64,000 bases of DNA from Gemmatimonadota bacterium (GTDB lineage Bacteria; Gemmatimonadota; Gemmatimonadetes; Palauibacterales; Palauibacteraceae): positions 3,864 to 67,863 of the forward strand of contig JBDHAD010000006.1 in NCBI GenBank assembly GCA_039588215.1. The letters run 5' to 3'. The position numbers and the translations under genes are program-made. Shown here one piece after another: positions 38,102 through 47,900 of the stretch (positions are counted from its first letter, which is position 1; each line of letters starts with the position of its first letter). The notes under the pieces were generated by a model. It made no database searches, was not told the DNA's origin, and was given only the letters and a program-made list of their open reading frames with translations.

Positions 38102-38481
38102 GGGAATCTCCCCGGGTCATGGCGCCCGGGACGATGCCTCGCCCGGACGCTCGGCGGTACGTTTCTTCAGTGGGCTCGAAGTGGCGCACGAGCCACCGTC
38201 ACCCACCCAAGCTGCCGTGGTGTATGACCCCGATCAAGGTGCAATTTTCGTGCGCCCGACGAGGTGCACCGGGGCCTCTGAAAGGAGGACTCCAAAGCTG
38301 AGCGCGGCCGCCACCGACTGGGTCCCGAAGGCGTTGATGAGCCTGGCTCCGGAGGCGATCAAGAAGACCCAGTTGGGGCTCTTCGTGCCGCTTGCTCACC
38401 CAGAGCTCGGCGGGCACCTTGCCCCTCAGCTTGAGGATCTGGCCGCGTGCATAGAGCGCAATGCTGGAAGAGAGCAGAACA

Positions 38482-38901
38482 ATGAGACAGCCCATTCTCA
38501 AAGATCCAGATCAGTATCCAACGGAATCAGTAATTCACTCACGCATTGGAGACGCCAAACCACTTTGGATCGCCTTTTTCGAGTACATCCATCAAACGCA
38601 TCCGGATTTTTCGCAGGAATGGAGATACTACAAAGACGGCAAGAACTGGCTCTTGAAGGTCGTCAGGAAATCAAAGACTGTGTTCTGGACGTCGATTGTA
38701 GAGGATGCGTTTCGAATCACCTTCTACTTTACCGACAAAGTGGAAGAAGCGATCAATGACGCTGACATTTCAGATGAATTGAAAGAGCAATTTGCGAATG
38801 GGAAGCGCTATGGGAAGCTGCGTGGGCTGACTATTACCTTTCGCGATAATATGGACATAGAGTACGCCAAAACGCTGATAGCGATTAGGCTCATGAGGTA
38901 A
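38482..38901 (+). CDS. DUF3788-like protein encoded on a low-GC islet
   Basis: ORF reads ...KDPDQYPTESVIHSRIGDAKPLWIAFFEYIHQTHPDFSQEWRYYKDGKNWLLKVVRKSKTVFWTSIVEDAFRITFYF..., which fits my memory of DUF3788. Hand counts give 27/60, 28/60, 27/60 and 27/60 G+C for the lines starting at 38461, 38521, 38641 and 38761. The start is ATG 38482 or ATG 38461. Confidence 0.55.
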   Translation: MRQPILKDPDQYPTESVIHSRIGDAKPLWIAFFEYIHQTHPDFSQEWRYYKDGKNWLLKVVRKSKTVFWTSIVEDAFRITFYFTDKVEEAINDADISDELKEQFANGKRYGKLRGLTITFRDNMDIEYAKTLIAIRLMR

Positions 38902-38986
38902 GCTGAACGGCCCTATCTCGGCTGCTTTCCAAGCCTGGGGTCACCCGTGAAAACGGTCTGACGACTGCTGCTCTCTAGGATTCGGG

Positions 38987-39418
38987 TCAGCACTCCTCGC
39001 TCTCTACCATGGGAGGTTGGCTCGCGGGTCCCAAGCCGATGGCCACGATCTCACCTTCCTCGTTCAGGACCCATCTGATCAGGAGAGCCTCTTCCATCCC
39101 GCTGAAGTTGGCGGTCCGCCAGTACTGACACTGACCGTTGCGCAGCTTCCAAGTCTCCTCGACGACCTCGACTTCGATCCCGCCCCGCTGGAGGATCGTC
39201 CCGCTGTACTGCGCCCAGCGCTCCGGAGTCGAGAAATTCGCCTTTGCCGCCTGCGAGCTGTGCGCGATGAGGCTGTCGGCAGCACCATCGTAGAGCCACG
39301 CCGTGTATTGCCGCGCGAGCGCGAGGCTGTCCACGGCCGCCGCCTCCTCCTGCGCGTGAGCGAAAGCAAGCGGTGCCAGCAGCAGCAGGCCTGTAGACAG
39401 TGCGATACGTCGTGTCAT
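38987..39418 (-). CDS. Hypothetical secreted protein
   Basis: ATG 39416-39418 with GGAGG upstream, and signal peptide MTRRIALSTGLLLLAPLAFAHA. I recognised no family. Confidence 0.5.
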   Translation of the reverse strand: MTRRIALSTGLLLLAPLAFAHAQEEAAAVDSLALARQYTAWLYDGAADSLIAHSSQAAKANFSTPERWAQYSGTILQRGGIEVEVVEETWKLRNGQCQYWRTANFSGMEEALLIRWVLNEEGEIVAIGLGPASQPPMVESEEC

Positions 39419-39532
39419 GGTCGGGTACCTCCGTGTAACGTCCGACGGGACTCCCCCTGGAGTCTCCGCGTGAACGACCTCACCCTATGATGGCGGCCAA
39501 TGCGCGTGGTGTATTGAACGTTTGAAACCGGG

Positions 39533-40789
39533 TTAGCGACCGGACCGCGACAACACCACGGCAACCGTCATATCGGCCGTGACGTTGGCGGTCGTAATGA
39601 ACATGTCGGGGATCATGTCGAGTGCGATGAGGATGCCGATCCCCTCGACCGGGAGCCCCAGTGAAAGGTATACCGGCGTCATGACGAACAAACCGCCACT
39701 CGGGATACCGGGCGAGTAGAAGCTCAGCAACCCAATGGCGGCGGCGATCACGGCGATCTCGGCGGGGCCAAGCTCGATGCCATATAGCCGTGCGATGAAG
39801 TAGGTGCCCGTGGCCCGTACGATCGGTGACGAGAACTTGAAGATCGACACCGCGACCGGGAGCACCAACCCGGTGACTTTCGCTGGGAGAGCCAATACCT
39901 CGGTGGCCGCCAGCATCGCGGGCAGGGACGCGAGCGAGGATCGCGTGCTGAAGCCCACGACCTGGGCCGGCGCGTACGCGCGCAGCAGGCGTCCGAGCGG
40001 GATCCTGCCGGCGAGTGCGGTGAAGACGTACAGCGCCAGGATCGACACCACGACCAGCCCGCACGCGATGAGCACGAAATAGCCAAAGGCACCGACCGCG
40101 GCCGCACCCATGCGCGCGGCGAGGGGCAGGACGAGCGCGAACACGCCGATCGGGGCGACGTCCAGGATCCAGCCGATCAACACGAACATCGAGTCCTTGA
40201 CCGCCGCGAAGAAACGGAAAATGACGTCGCGCGCATCTTCACCGGTCCGGCTCAGCGCGAAGGCGAAGGCTGAGGTGAATACGATCAAGGGAAGCATGGC
40301 GGCATCCACGGCCGCCTGGAACGGATTGGCAGGCACTAGATCCACCAGCCAGTCGCGAAACTGTGGCAGCTCCACGGCTGCGGGTGTGGGCTCCCCGGTG
40401 GTCGCACGCAGCGATTCGGCCGTGGCCGGATCCAGATGCAGCAGGGTGAGCAGCGGAGGCGCAGCGAGCGCGGTGAACAGAGAGATCACCGCGACCATGA
40501 GGACGAACAGCCCGATCGTGCGCGCGCCCACCGTCGCCACCGTGCGGCTCTCCCGCTCCCCCGCGATCGCGACCACCAGCAACGACACGACCAGCGGGAC
40601 CACGGTCATGCGGATCGCGTTCACCCACAGCGTGCCGACCGGCTCGACCCAGCCCGGGATCGAGCGCAGAAGACCGTCCTCCGCGAACGAGATGACGAGC
40701 CCGCCGGCCAGCCCAAGACCGAGCCCGATGAGGACGCGTGTGGTGAGTGACGTGCGGCGAAGCCAGCCGGGGGTGTCAGTCTTCGGCAC
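39533..40789 (-). CDS. Dicarboxylate/amino acid:cation symporter (DAACS family)
   Basis: Polytopic ORF with family-typical GFSTRSSLASLPAML and a PGIPSGGLFVM hairpin-like motif. Only a GTG start (40787-40789) is available near the N-terminus. Confidence 0.8.
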   Translation of the reverse strand: MPKTDTPGWLRRTSLTTRVLIGLGLGLAGGLVISFAEDGLLRSIPGWVEPVGTLWVNAIRMTVVPLVVSLLVVAIAGERESRTVATVGARTIGLFVLMVAVISLFTALAAPPLLTLLHLDPATAESLRATTGEPTPAAVELPQFRDWLVDLVPANPFQAAVDAAMLPLIVFTSAFAFALSRTGEDARDVIFRFFAAVKDSMFVLIGWILDVAPIGVFALVLPLAARMGAAAVGAFGYFVLIACGLVVVSILALYVFTALAGRIPLGRLLRAYAPAQVVGFSTRSSLASLPAMLAATEVLALPAKVTGLVLPVAVSIFKFSSPIVRATGTYFIARLYGIELGPAEIAVIAAAIGLLSFYSPGIPSGGLFVMTPVYLSLGLPVEGIGILIALDMIPDMFITTANVTADMTVAVVLSRSGR

Positions 40790-40837
40790 TTAACCCATCG
40801 CGTCCAGGACGAGGCTCAAGCTCGACCGAGCACCCGA

Positions 40838-42391
40838 TTAGGGCACCAATGGGGGGCTCGAGGTCCGCCGGATGAAGGCGGCCAGCGTCTGCTTCCATTG
40901 CGGCAAGAGGCTTTGCTCCACGTACATCATGTGCCCGGCCGCGAAATCCGCCCGCTGGATGTTGTCGCGCAGATCGGGTGGCAGGCCCATCTGGTCCATC
41001 GTCCAAACGGCGGCGAAATAGGGCGTCGCGAGATCGTAGATCCCGTTGACGAGCAGCACCTCCAGGTTGGGGTTTCTCCGAATCGCGGTCGCCAGATCCG
41101 GCGCTACGTTGGGTGTCCCCGAGAACCCGAAGCCGCCTCCACCACCGCGCTCCCACTTCCACGGCCTCGCCATCCCGCTCGGGACGTACTCTCGGTCGCC
41201 GTCGTACCCTAGCTCCCCGCGGACGTACGTGTTGAAGGCAGACGTGTAGGCCGAGCTGATCGCCGTGGATTGCGGGTCGTGCTCTGGTCTGGTCTCGAGA
41301 AGGTCGCCCGTGGGGCCGGTGAAGCGGGCGTCGAGTCGCCCCACGACGAGCCCCTGGTCGCGCAACAGCTCTTTCTCGAACTCGGGCGCCGACACGCGCA
41401 GGTCGGACTTGTCCAGAAAGTCGCGGCTGAGACCCGTGTACTGGTGCATCTGGTCGATGACGCGGCTGCGCTGAGCCGGATCCACGGCACCACCCGCCAG
41501 CAGCGTCGTCGCATAGTCGGTGAGCGCCCACTCCTCGACCTCGGCCATGAACGCGTCGAGATCGGCCGGCGCCCCGCCCGGGAGCGCATCCAGATACGCG
41601 GCCGTGACCGCGTACGCAGGGACGTTCACGATGTAGGGGATCTGTGCCCCGGGCGGGAACCGGATCGTGTTGAAGTCCAGCACGGCAGACACGAGCACGA
41701 TGCCGTTCAAGTCAATGTTGGCGCCCTGCAGGTGCCGCGCGAGCACGGCCGATCGCGTCGTTCCGTAGCTCTCACCGAGTAGATACCGGGGGGAGTTCCA
41801 GCGCTCGTTCTCGCTCAGGAAGCGGCGGATGAACTGCGTCAGCGAGCGTGCGTCCTCGTCCAGCCCCCAGAAGTCTCCCCCTTCCGCCTCTCCCGCCGGC
41901 CGGCTGAACCCGGTGCCGACCGGATCGATCATCACGATATCCGCCATGTCGAGGAGGGTGTACTCGTTGTCGACGAGCGGGTACGGGGGCGGCGCCTGCT
42001 GCCCGACGTTCGGCGTCACCACGCGGCGCGGACCCATGATGCCCATGTGCAGCCAGAAGGACGCCGAGCCGGGTCCTCCATTGTACGCGAAGATGAGAGG
42101 TCGCTCGGAACGGTCAGGGACATTGGTCCGAGAGTACCCGGTGTAGAACAGCTCGGCGGTCACGTTCTCGGTATCGTCACGCAGGATGATGCTCCCGACC
42201 ACGGCGTCGTACTCGATGGTCTCGCCGCCCATAACGATCGAGTGACGGCTGTCCCAACGAGACGGGGTCGGATCGGCCACGGACGCGCCCCCTGCGTTCG
42301 GCTCGCTGGCCGTCGGTGCTTGCTGCGCGACGACCTCGGCAGGCTGGACGAGGGAAAGGGCCAGGAGCGTGAGAGCGATCGACTTCCTCAT
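40838..42391 (-). CDS. S10 family serine carboxypeptidase-like peptidase (secreted)
   Basis: MRKSIALTLLALSLVQPAEVVA signal peptide, with ATG 42389-42391 and GGAGGA upstream. PLIFAYNGGPGSASFWLHMG and LLGESYG (nucleophile motif) are present. Confidence 0.75.
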   Translation of the reverse strand: MRKSIALTLLALSLVQPAEVVAQQAPTASEPNAGGASVADPTPSRWDSRHSIVMGGETIEYDAVVGSIILRDDTENVTAELFYTGYSRTNVPDRSERPLIFAYNGGPGSASFWLHMGIMGPRRVVTPNVGQQAPPPYPLVDNEYTLLDMADIVMIDPVGTGFSRPAGEAEGGDFWGLDEDARSLTQFIRRFLSENERWNSPRYLLGESYGTTRSAVLARHLQGANIDLNGIVLVSAVLDFNTIRFPPGAQIPYIVNVPAYAVTAAYLDALPGGAPADLDAFMAEVEEWALTDYATTLLAGGAVDPAQRSRVIDQMHQYTGLSRDFLDKSDLRVSAPEFEKELLRDQGLVVGRLDARFTGPTGDLLETRPEHDPQSTAISSAYTSAFNTYVRGELGYDGDREYVPSGMARPWKWERGGGGGFGFSGTPNVAPDLATAIRRNPNLEVLLVNGIYDLATPYFAAVWTMDQMGLPPDLRDNIQRADFAAGHMMYVEQSLLPQWKQTLAAFIRRTSSPPLVP

Positions 42392-42645
42392 GGATCCTCC
42401 GGAGACCTTCGAAGAGTGGGTACGTTCAGGTGCCAGCCCGGATGCAGAAGCGTCCAACGTCGTCTAACGGTCCTGCGGGATCAAGACGCGACGGCGGTCG
42501 ACCCCGGGCGGCAACGGGTCGGCCACCCGCTGGGGAGGTACCCGTTCGCTCCTACCCGCCGATCACCGCAAGCTCTAGCTTTCTGAGACTTACCGGACGC
42601 GAATCGAACCGACGCCTCGCTCCGCTCAGCTCCTGGAGGTGACGC

Positions 42646-44901
42646 GTGAACAACCCAGAGAGCCTTCCCGGAGGCGGGGCGTTCCGGCTTCTGAGAGATT
42701 GCGTCGTTCTTCTCACAATTGGCATCTCCACGGGTCTTGCTGGCTGCGCCGAGGAATCGGCGCGTGTCTGGCGTGGGCCCGGGACGATTCGGATGGCCGA
42801 GCGTCTTCAGCAAATCGCCGTCCAGGTGGAGCCGGAGACGCACCCGTACATGACATCCGCTCGGCTTGATTCGGTGGTGACTGTCGAGGCGCCGTCGGAC
42901 TTCACCAACCGGCTGAGGTTCAACGCGAGCATCGCGAGGGAGGCGCTCCACGTAGGCCGGACCGAAGAGGCGATCGCGCGGTTCGAGGAGCTGGTCACCG
43001 AGGTCGCCTCTCGCAGAGCCGAAGTCCCGTTGCCGTTGGCGGTCGCGATCGTCGAAGCGCTCGGCACCGCTCGTCTGAAACACTGGGAGCTGGAAAGTTG
43101 TGTGACCGGTCTCGCGACCCTGCCGTGCCTGTTTCCGATCGAAACGGATGGCCACCCATTGGACGCGGACATGGCCAGATCGGCCGCCACGGCTCACGAG
43201 TTCGTCTTGCGGGTCCAGCCCGATGACCTGGACGTGCGGTGGCTACTGAACCTGTCTTACATGATGCTCGGTGAGTACCCGGACGGTGTGCCGGAGGAGT
43301 TTCTGATTCCCCCCGAGGCTTTGCGGGCCGAGTACGATGTGGGCCGGTTTCCCGACATCGCGCTCGAGTTGGGGCTGGATGTGGCGGGGCACCTCGGCGG
43401 AAGCATCATGGACGACCTCGACGGCGATGGTGATCTGGACCTCGTTGCTTCCTCCTGGCACCTGAGTGACCAGCTCCGGCTCTTTCGCAATGACGCGGAT
43501 GGGACGTTCCGCGATATCACGATAGAAGCCGGCCTGGAGGGCGTCGTCGGGGGCATCAACCTGGTGCAGGCCGACCACAACAACGACGGTTTCCTCGACA
43601 TTTTCGTTCTGCGCGGAGCCTGGACGCCGCACGGCGAGCCCAACTCGCTGCTCCGGAATAACGGCGACGGCACTCTCGAGGACGTCACGGAACAGACGGG
43701 CCTGCTCTCCACCCACCCCACGCAAACCGCGAGCTGGGGCGACTACGACAACGACGGCTGGCTGGATCTGTACATCGGCAACGAGTCGGTGCGCGGTCCG
43801 CCCGTTCCGAACCAACTCTTCCACAACAATCAGGACGGGACCTTCACGGACGTGGCCCCAGAAGCCGGTGCCGCCGTGGTTGGATTCGTCAAGGCGGTGG
43901 TGTGGGGGGACATCGACAACGACGGGAGGCTCGACCTGTTCATTTCCCGTCTGCGCGAGCCGAATGTACTTCTGAGGAACGAAGGCCCTGACGCGAATGG
44001 CCGGTGGAGGTTCTCCGACGTGACCGCGGCCGCCGGCGTGGCGGAGCCGATCTCCAGTTTCCCTGCTTGGTTTTGGGATTACGACAACGACGGCTGGCTG
44101 GACATCTTCGTGTCGGACTACAGCGGTACAGCCGGCGACTTGGCCGCCGAGTACCTCGGCCTCCCGCACGGTGCGGAACTGCCGCGGCTCTACCGGAACG
44201 CCGGCGACGGCACGTTCACTGATGTCACGGGGCAGGCGCGGCTCGAGAGGGTCCTGCTCACGATGGGCTCGAACTACGGCGACCTGGATAACGATGGCCA
44301 CGAGGATTTCTACGCGGGGACGGGTGAAGCCGCCTTCGCCGCGATCATGCCGAACCGGATGTTCCGGAACTCCGGCGGCGAGTTTTTCCAGGACGTGACC
44401 GAGTCGGGTGGCTTCGGCCACATCGGGAAAGGGCACGGCGTGAGTTTCGGCGATCTGGATCACGACGGTGATCAGGACGTTTATGCGACGATGGGCGGAG
44501 CCTACGAGGGAGACATCGCGCGGAACGTCCTGTTCGAGAATCCGGGGCATGGGAACCACTGGATCACGCTGCGGCTCGAAGGCACTCGCTCCAATCGTTC
44601 CGCGATCGGCGCCCGCGTGAGAGTCCTCGTGCGGACGGAAGAGGGGTTGCGGGAGCTACACCGGACGGTGAGCAGTGGCGGCACGTTCGGCGCGAACAGC
44701 CTGCAGCAGGAGATCGGCCTGGGCCAGGCCATGGCCGTCGAGTCCGTGGAGATCACCTGGCCGGCCACGGGGTCGACCGACAGGTTCACCGGTGTCGAGC
44801 TGGATCGGGTCTACAGGGTGCGAGAGGGGGACGGCTCGTTGACGCCCATCACGGTCACACCGTTCCGCCTGTCCCGGACAGGCGGAGGCGCCGACCCCTA
44901 A
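42646..44901 (+). CDS. CRTAC1-like lipoprotein (FG-GAP/VCBS repeats plus ASPIC/UnbV domain)
   Basis: Lipobox LLTIGISTGLAGC. Repeated Ca-binding-like DxDGDGDLD / DNDGWLD motifs occur at least 7 times. C-terminal NHWITLRLEGTRSNRSAIGARVRV...GGTFGANSLQQEIGLG is ASPIC/UnbV-like. GTG 42646 has GGAGGTG upstream. Confidence 0.8.
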   Translation: MNNPESLPGGGAFRLLRDCVVLLTIGISTGLAGCAEESARVWRGPGTIRMAERLQQIAVQVEPETHPYMTSARLDSVVTVEAPSDFTNRLRFNASIAREALHVGRTEEAIARFEELVTEVASRRAEVPLPLAVAIVEALGTARLKHWELESCVTGLATLPCLFPIETDGHPLDADMARSAATAHEFVLRVQPDDLDVRWLLNLSYMMLGEYPDGVPEEFLIPPEALRAEYDVGRFPDIALELGLDVAGHLGGSIMDDLDGDGDLDLVASSWHLSDQLRLFRNDADGTFRDITIEAGLEGVVGGINLVQADHNNDGFLDIFVLRGAWTPHGEPNSLLRNNGDGTLEDVTEQTGLLSTHPTQTASWGDYDNDGWLDLYIGNESVRGPPVPNQLFHNNQDGTFTDVAPEAGAAVVGFVKAVVWGDIDNDGRLDLFISRLREPNVLLRNEGPDANGRWRFSDVTAAAGVAEPISSFPAWFWDYDNDGWLDIFVSDYSGTAGDLAAEYLGLPHGAELPRLYRNAGDGTFTDVTGQARLERVLLTMGSNYGDLDNDGHEDFYAGTGEAAFAAIMPNRMFRNSGGEFFQDVTESGGFGHIGKGHGVSFGDLDHDGDQDVYATMGGAYEGDIARNVLFENPGHGNHWITLRLEGTRSNRSAIGARVRVLVRTEEGLRELHRTVSSGGTFGANSLQQEIGLGQAMAVESVEITWPATGSTDRFTGVELDRVYRVREGDGSLTPITVTPFRLSRTGGGADP

Positions 44902-44944
44902 GCGGCTATCACCGCGCCGGCTTAGGCGGCTATCACCGCCCCGG
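44899..44944. repeat. Imperfect 24-bp-period tandem duplication spanning both stop codons of the convergent CRTAC1-like genes
   Basis: taagcggctatcaccgcgccgg (44899-44920) and taggcggctatcaccgccccgg (44923-44944) match at 20 of 22 positions. Copy 1 begins with the plus-gene TAA. Copy 2 contains the minus-gene stop (tca at 44933-44935) and its last three codons. Confidence 0.85.
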
Positions 44945-47900
44945 CCACCGGGCCGTCACTTCCCGGGCCCCAGAGGGCACGGCAACCCGGCTCTCCGAGC
45001 CCCCGGGCCATCGCACCCGGACCTCCACCGGCTCGGACTCCACACCGAGCACCTGGACCGCGTAGTCCATGGACCAATACCCGGATCCTCCGTGGACCTC
45101 CCGCGCCGGACCCAGTCTGTCGGCGTACGCGACGCGGATGACGGCCCCGATCGCGTCCGGGTTTTGTTGCGGCCCGCTCAAGCGCACCGCGAGCCCCGGT
45201 CGTCCTCCCACGTTGCGGTAGAGCCGTGTGGCCCCACCGTTCTGTGCCACCGCCAGGTCCGTCCGACCGTCTCCGTCGTAGTCTGCCAAGGCGGCTCCTC
45301 GCTGGTCCCCGTGGATCCGGATGCCGGATCTCACGGAAGACACCGCCTCCAAGCCTCCTCTCCCATCGCCGCGCAGCAGGAGACCCAGCCCGGCTTCGTA
45401 CCGGGGCTCGTCGAGGCGCGTGGGGAAGAAGTTCTGGCTCAAGAAGACGTCCTCTCGACCATCCCCGTCCAGGTCGCCCACGGCTACGCCGGTACCCGGG
45501 GCGAACTGCGCCTCAACCGGAAGCGGGGTGGGCTCGAAGCGACTGCCACGGTTCAGCAATAGGAGATGTTCGTACTCCCTGGCCACTTTTCGGGGGACTT
45601 CCTCCTGGGGGGCGCCCAGGACCTCCCTCATGTCCCCCTGGCTGTAGGCTTCGAAGGTTGGGAGCCTGGAGCGGATCGATGGCACGGCTACCCGTAGCCG
45701 CTCGTAGCTCTCGAGGGGGTGAAGATCACCGCCGGGTTCGCTCTGCTGGGCCAGGACGAGATCCCAGGTACCGTTGCGATCCAGATCGCCATGGTACAGC
45801 ACGAGGGGCCGTCCGGGACGCGGCCGGTGCCGGACGTTCCTGCCCCACCCCGTCACTACCACGTCCATGCGTCCGTCGCCGTCCAGGTCACCCGTGGTAA
45901 TCCCGTTCCAGCGTCCCTGGAGTCGGTCCAACCCCCATGCCTCGGTTTCGTCCGTGAAGCGTCCAGCGTCGTTCATCAGGAGGCGGATCGATCCCCATTC
46001 GATGGCCATTAGGAGGTCCGGGTCGCCATCGAGGTCCACGTCCGAGAAGACCGCTCCCGAGACCAACCCGATCTCGTTCAGGATATCTTCGTTCCGGCCA
46101 TCCGATACGAAATCGCCCCGCTCGTTCAAGAGGAGACGCGATGAGCCCGGAAGCGGGTACAGGGCCGGGATCATCCGCCCGCCCACGAAGAGGTCCAGGT
46201 CGGTGTCCCCATCCACGTCCGCCACCGCGAGAGGTCCGGTGCGGGTGAGCCCACCCACCGCTAATGGTCTGGTCGGCTCGGCCCCGGAGGCAGGCTCCAC
46301 GATCAAGGCGGCGGCGACGCTCCGGGCCTCTTCGACCGTTGTGACCTCGTAGCTGGACTGCCCCACCACGAGCACGGGCCGGCCTCCCTCCCCGGGAACC
46401 GCGACCACAGCGGTGCGGTCAAGAGTGGAAGGCGTGTCCTCCAGCGTCACTCGGGTGAACCGGTCTCCATCGTTTCGCAGGTAGCCGAGACGGCCACCTC
46501 CCCCTGGGGGGACCACGAGGTCCGCGTCACCGTCGCTGTCCACGTCGATCCAACTCACACCCGGTCCGAGGCGGCTAGGCTGGTACGGGAGGAGAGGCTG
46601 GAGCCTGAAATCCTCGTATTGGGTCTCAGGATGGGTATGACCCAGGAGGTGTGACTCATCGGAGAACAGGGGAGCCGAGCTGTCCGGTCCGTCGGCACTC
46701 TCCTCAGCAGCGGCGCTCTCCGCACCATCATTGCGTCCGGGACCCTCGCCAGCGGCTCCAGCCACACGGCTCGTCTCCTCCTCCAAAACCTCGTAGATCC
46801 GGTCGGGGCGCACGCCTTCGATCACGGTCTGACCACCACCTGGCCAGTCCACCTCGAGAGTCATCGAGTCGGCCTCGCCGGCCGCGAACACCAGGCGGGG
46901 CGCCGAGCTGGACAGGTAGAAGCCCCCCGCGGTCATCTCCTTCTCCTGGACGGGAACCGGGCCGCCGATCAGGCGCACCTTCGCACCCACTCCCCCCGTG
47001 TTGGGGGCCTCCCCCAGGAGACGTACCGCCACCCGGGCGCGAGCGGCATCGTTCCGCAGAACCCTGGCCGGGGCTCCCAGGCGATTGATCACCACGTCCA
47101 GGTCACCGTCTCCGTCCAGGTCGCCGGCGGCCATGCCCTGGGAGATGTCCTCCTCGGTGGCGAAGCCCCATTCCCTTCCCACGTCGCGGAAGGTGAGATC
47201 TCCCTGATTCCGGAATGCTGCGTTCCGAGTTCGAAGCTCCGGGTAGAGTAGCTTCAGCTCCCGGCCGGTGGCCCAACCCTGGAGCGAGGTGATCCTGTCC
47301 ACCTCGTCCCCGTGTTGGGTGTGCCGCGAGTAGCCGTTGGCTACCAGAAGGTCTTCGAAGCCGTCAAGGTCGACATCGAGGAAGATCGACGCCCAGGACC
47401 ACTCGGATGCGTCGACTCCCGACAGCTCGGCGATCTGCGCGAAGCTGCCATCTCCACGATTCAGAAACAGCGTGTTCCGCCAGACCTGTGGGTGATCATC
47501 GATGACGCCGACAGGCTTGCGGAGCGGCCCGTGTAGGGGCACCTGGACGAGCTTCCGGCGTGGGTCCCGGGATAGCATCTCGGCGACGAAGAAATCCACA
47601 TGCCCATCTCGGTCAATGTCGGCGAAATCCACCGACATCGAAGCGTGACTGTAGGTCCGGAGCGAGAAACTGGGCGCGGCACCGAAGGTTCCGTCTCCGC
47701 GGTTGATCCAGAAGTGGTCCGGATCATCGAAGTCGTTGCAGACGTAGAGGTCCGGATCGCCATCTCCGTCTACATCGTAGAAGCGAGCGGCCAGCCCGAA
47801 GTCGTCCGGCTCGTGGTCCAGTGGGCGACCGTCCTCGTCTACGAACGCACCTTCGGTCCAGGAGACGGGCTCGAAGTGCCCGGTCCCGTCGTTCAGGTAG

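Noticed and set aside
35916-38227. ORFs of 726 aa (36047..38227, plus strand) and 520 aa (35916..37478, minus strand, alternate frame) overlapping the GNAT/ACS gene
   Set aside because: Their translations are low-complexity and Arg/Gly/His-rich. The 932-aa frame carries clear GNAT, CoA-binding, His-loop and ATP-grasp motifs.
38199-38501. 100-aa minus-strand ORF starting with a signal-peptide-like MRMGCLIVLLSSSIALYA
   Set aside because: Its start lies antisense within the 5' end of the DUF3788-like gene, and the remainder is R/G/P-rich with no domain. I keep it only as part of the unassigned-region finding.
38455-38940. Whether the low-GC islet is a mobile element (IS or MITE)
   Set aside because: There is no transposase and it contains a single ordinary-looking gene. 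I found no terminal inverted repeats or target-site duplication at the composition boundaries.
42601-42610. gaatcgaacc, whose reverse complement GGTTCGATTC is a tRNA T-loop-like motif, in the S10/CRTAC1 intergenic region
   Set aside because: The flanking bases (gacgc on both sides) are direct rather than inverted repeats, so no T-stem forms. I could build no acceptor or anticodon arms.
43243-44559. 438-aa minus-strand ORF inside the 751-aa CRTAC1-like gene; likewise 6922..8052 (376 aa) inside the PD40-amidohydrolase gene, and 11607..12476 (289 aa), 20082..20996 (304 aa) and 58369..59238 (289 aa)
   Set aside because: All are antisense or alternate-frame to genes with clear family motifs, and all have skewed Arg/Gly/Pro/His composition.
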